From Nitrosopumilus sp. (lineage in GTDB: Archaea; Thermoproteota; Nitrososphaeria; Nitrososphaerales; Nitrosopumilaceae), in NCBI GenBank assembly GCA_965197525.1, contig OZ240211.1, positions 1,472,001 through 1,536,000 of the forward strand: a DNA stretch of 64,000 nucleotides. The letters are read 5' to 3'. The notes beneath the pieces were generated by a model. That model saw nothing but the letters and a program-made list of their open reading frames with translations. It ran no database searches and was not told the origin of the DNA. A program made the position numbers and the translations under genes. This document shows positions 63,570-64,000 of the stretch, piece by piece (position 1 is the first letter of the stretch; every line of letters begins with the position of its first letter).

Positions 63570-64000
63570 ATGGATAAGAGAATTCAGGTTGCAGTTGTTG
63601 TAGTTGCAGTCGTGTTTGCAGCACTAGTCTTGTCATCACCTGATGATCCCATTCCAATACCAAAACCCTACCCTGACTCTGAAAATGATTTCGTAAATAT
63701 TGTAGCTGAAAATTTAGACAAGCCTCGTGCTATTGCAATCTCTGATGATAGAATATTTGTCACAGAAAAAGACGGATTCATTAGAGTAATACATAATGGT
63801 ACCATGCTTGAATCCCCACTAGCCGTCTTGCGTCCTGCAAACGTCTTTGATGGCGGGTTGTTGGGCATTACACTGCATCCGGATTTCTCCACCAATCACA
63901 TTTTGTATGTATTTTTAACTTATAATGAGGATGGTACATTGTGGAATAAGATCTTGAAGATAACTGAATCTGAAAACAAACTACAAAGTGCAGAGACTAT
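63570..64000 (+). CDS. PQQ-dependent glucose/sorbosone dehydrogenase-family protein (partial, runs off the window)
   Basis: Signal anchor, VAENLDKPRAIA, VTEKDG, GGLLGITLHPDF..YVFLTY. Confidence 0.88.
   Translation, partial: MDKRIQVAVVVVAVVFAALVLSSPDDPIPIPKPYPDSENDFVNIVAENLDKPRAIAISDDRIFVTEKDGFIRVIHNGTMLESPLAVLRPANVFDGGLLGITLHPDFSTNHILYVFLTYNEDGTLWNKILKITESENKLQSAET

Overview
Archaeal window; gene content and protein style point to an ammonia-oxidising Thaumarchaeon of the Nitrosopumilaceae (inference), with the many decayed IS remnants and large CRISPR typical of host-associated lineages. The core backbone carries cyoE, Lrp, asd, a late cobalamin cluster (cobD-cobQ-cbiB-cobS-cobY), rps27e/rpl44e, ade, a thermosome subunit, ROK kinase, guaA, mptE, folP, guaB, pheA, csl4, an MDR dehydrogenase, dph2, tiaS, an intron-containing initiator tRNA-Met and a partial GSDH gene. 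Three accessory blocks interrupt it. (1) A 10.56-kb segment (13999-24560) bounded by two direct IS66 remnants and an exact 8-bp target-site duplication (CTATCTAG). It carries a ureohydrolase / urease-gamma-like / His-rich NiCoT(UreH)-like operon, a sodium:solute symporter, a TPR protein, a putative RHH regulator and a divergent group II chaperonin that lacks both catalytic Asp residues and ends in a His-rich tail. This is the best candidate for an undescribed system: organic-nitrogen scavenging with its own metal-loading chaperone. (2) A decaying island between folP and guaB (J-like protein without HPD, MITE, YwgA-like gene, truncated HD-domain gene, frameshifted HAD). (3) A type I-B CRISPR-Cas locus with a 158-repeat array, split into divergent cas6-cas1-cas2-cas4 and cas8b-cas7-cas5-cas3 operons, with a probable nested cas11. 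All calls were made by eye, with no database searches.
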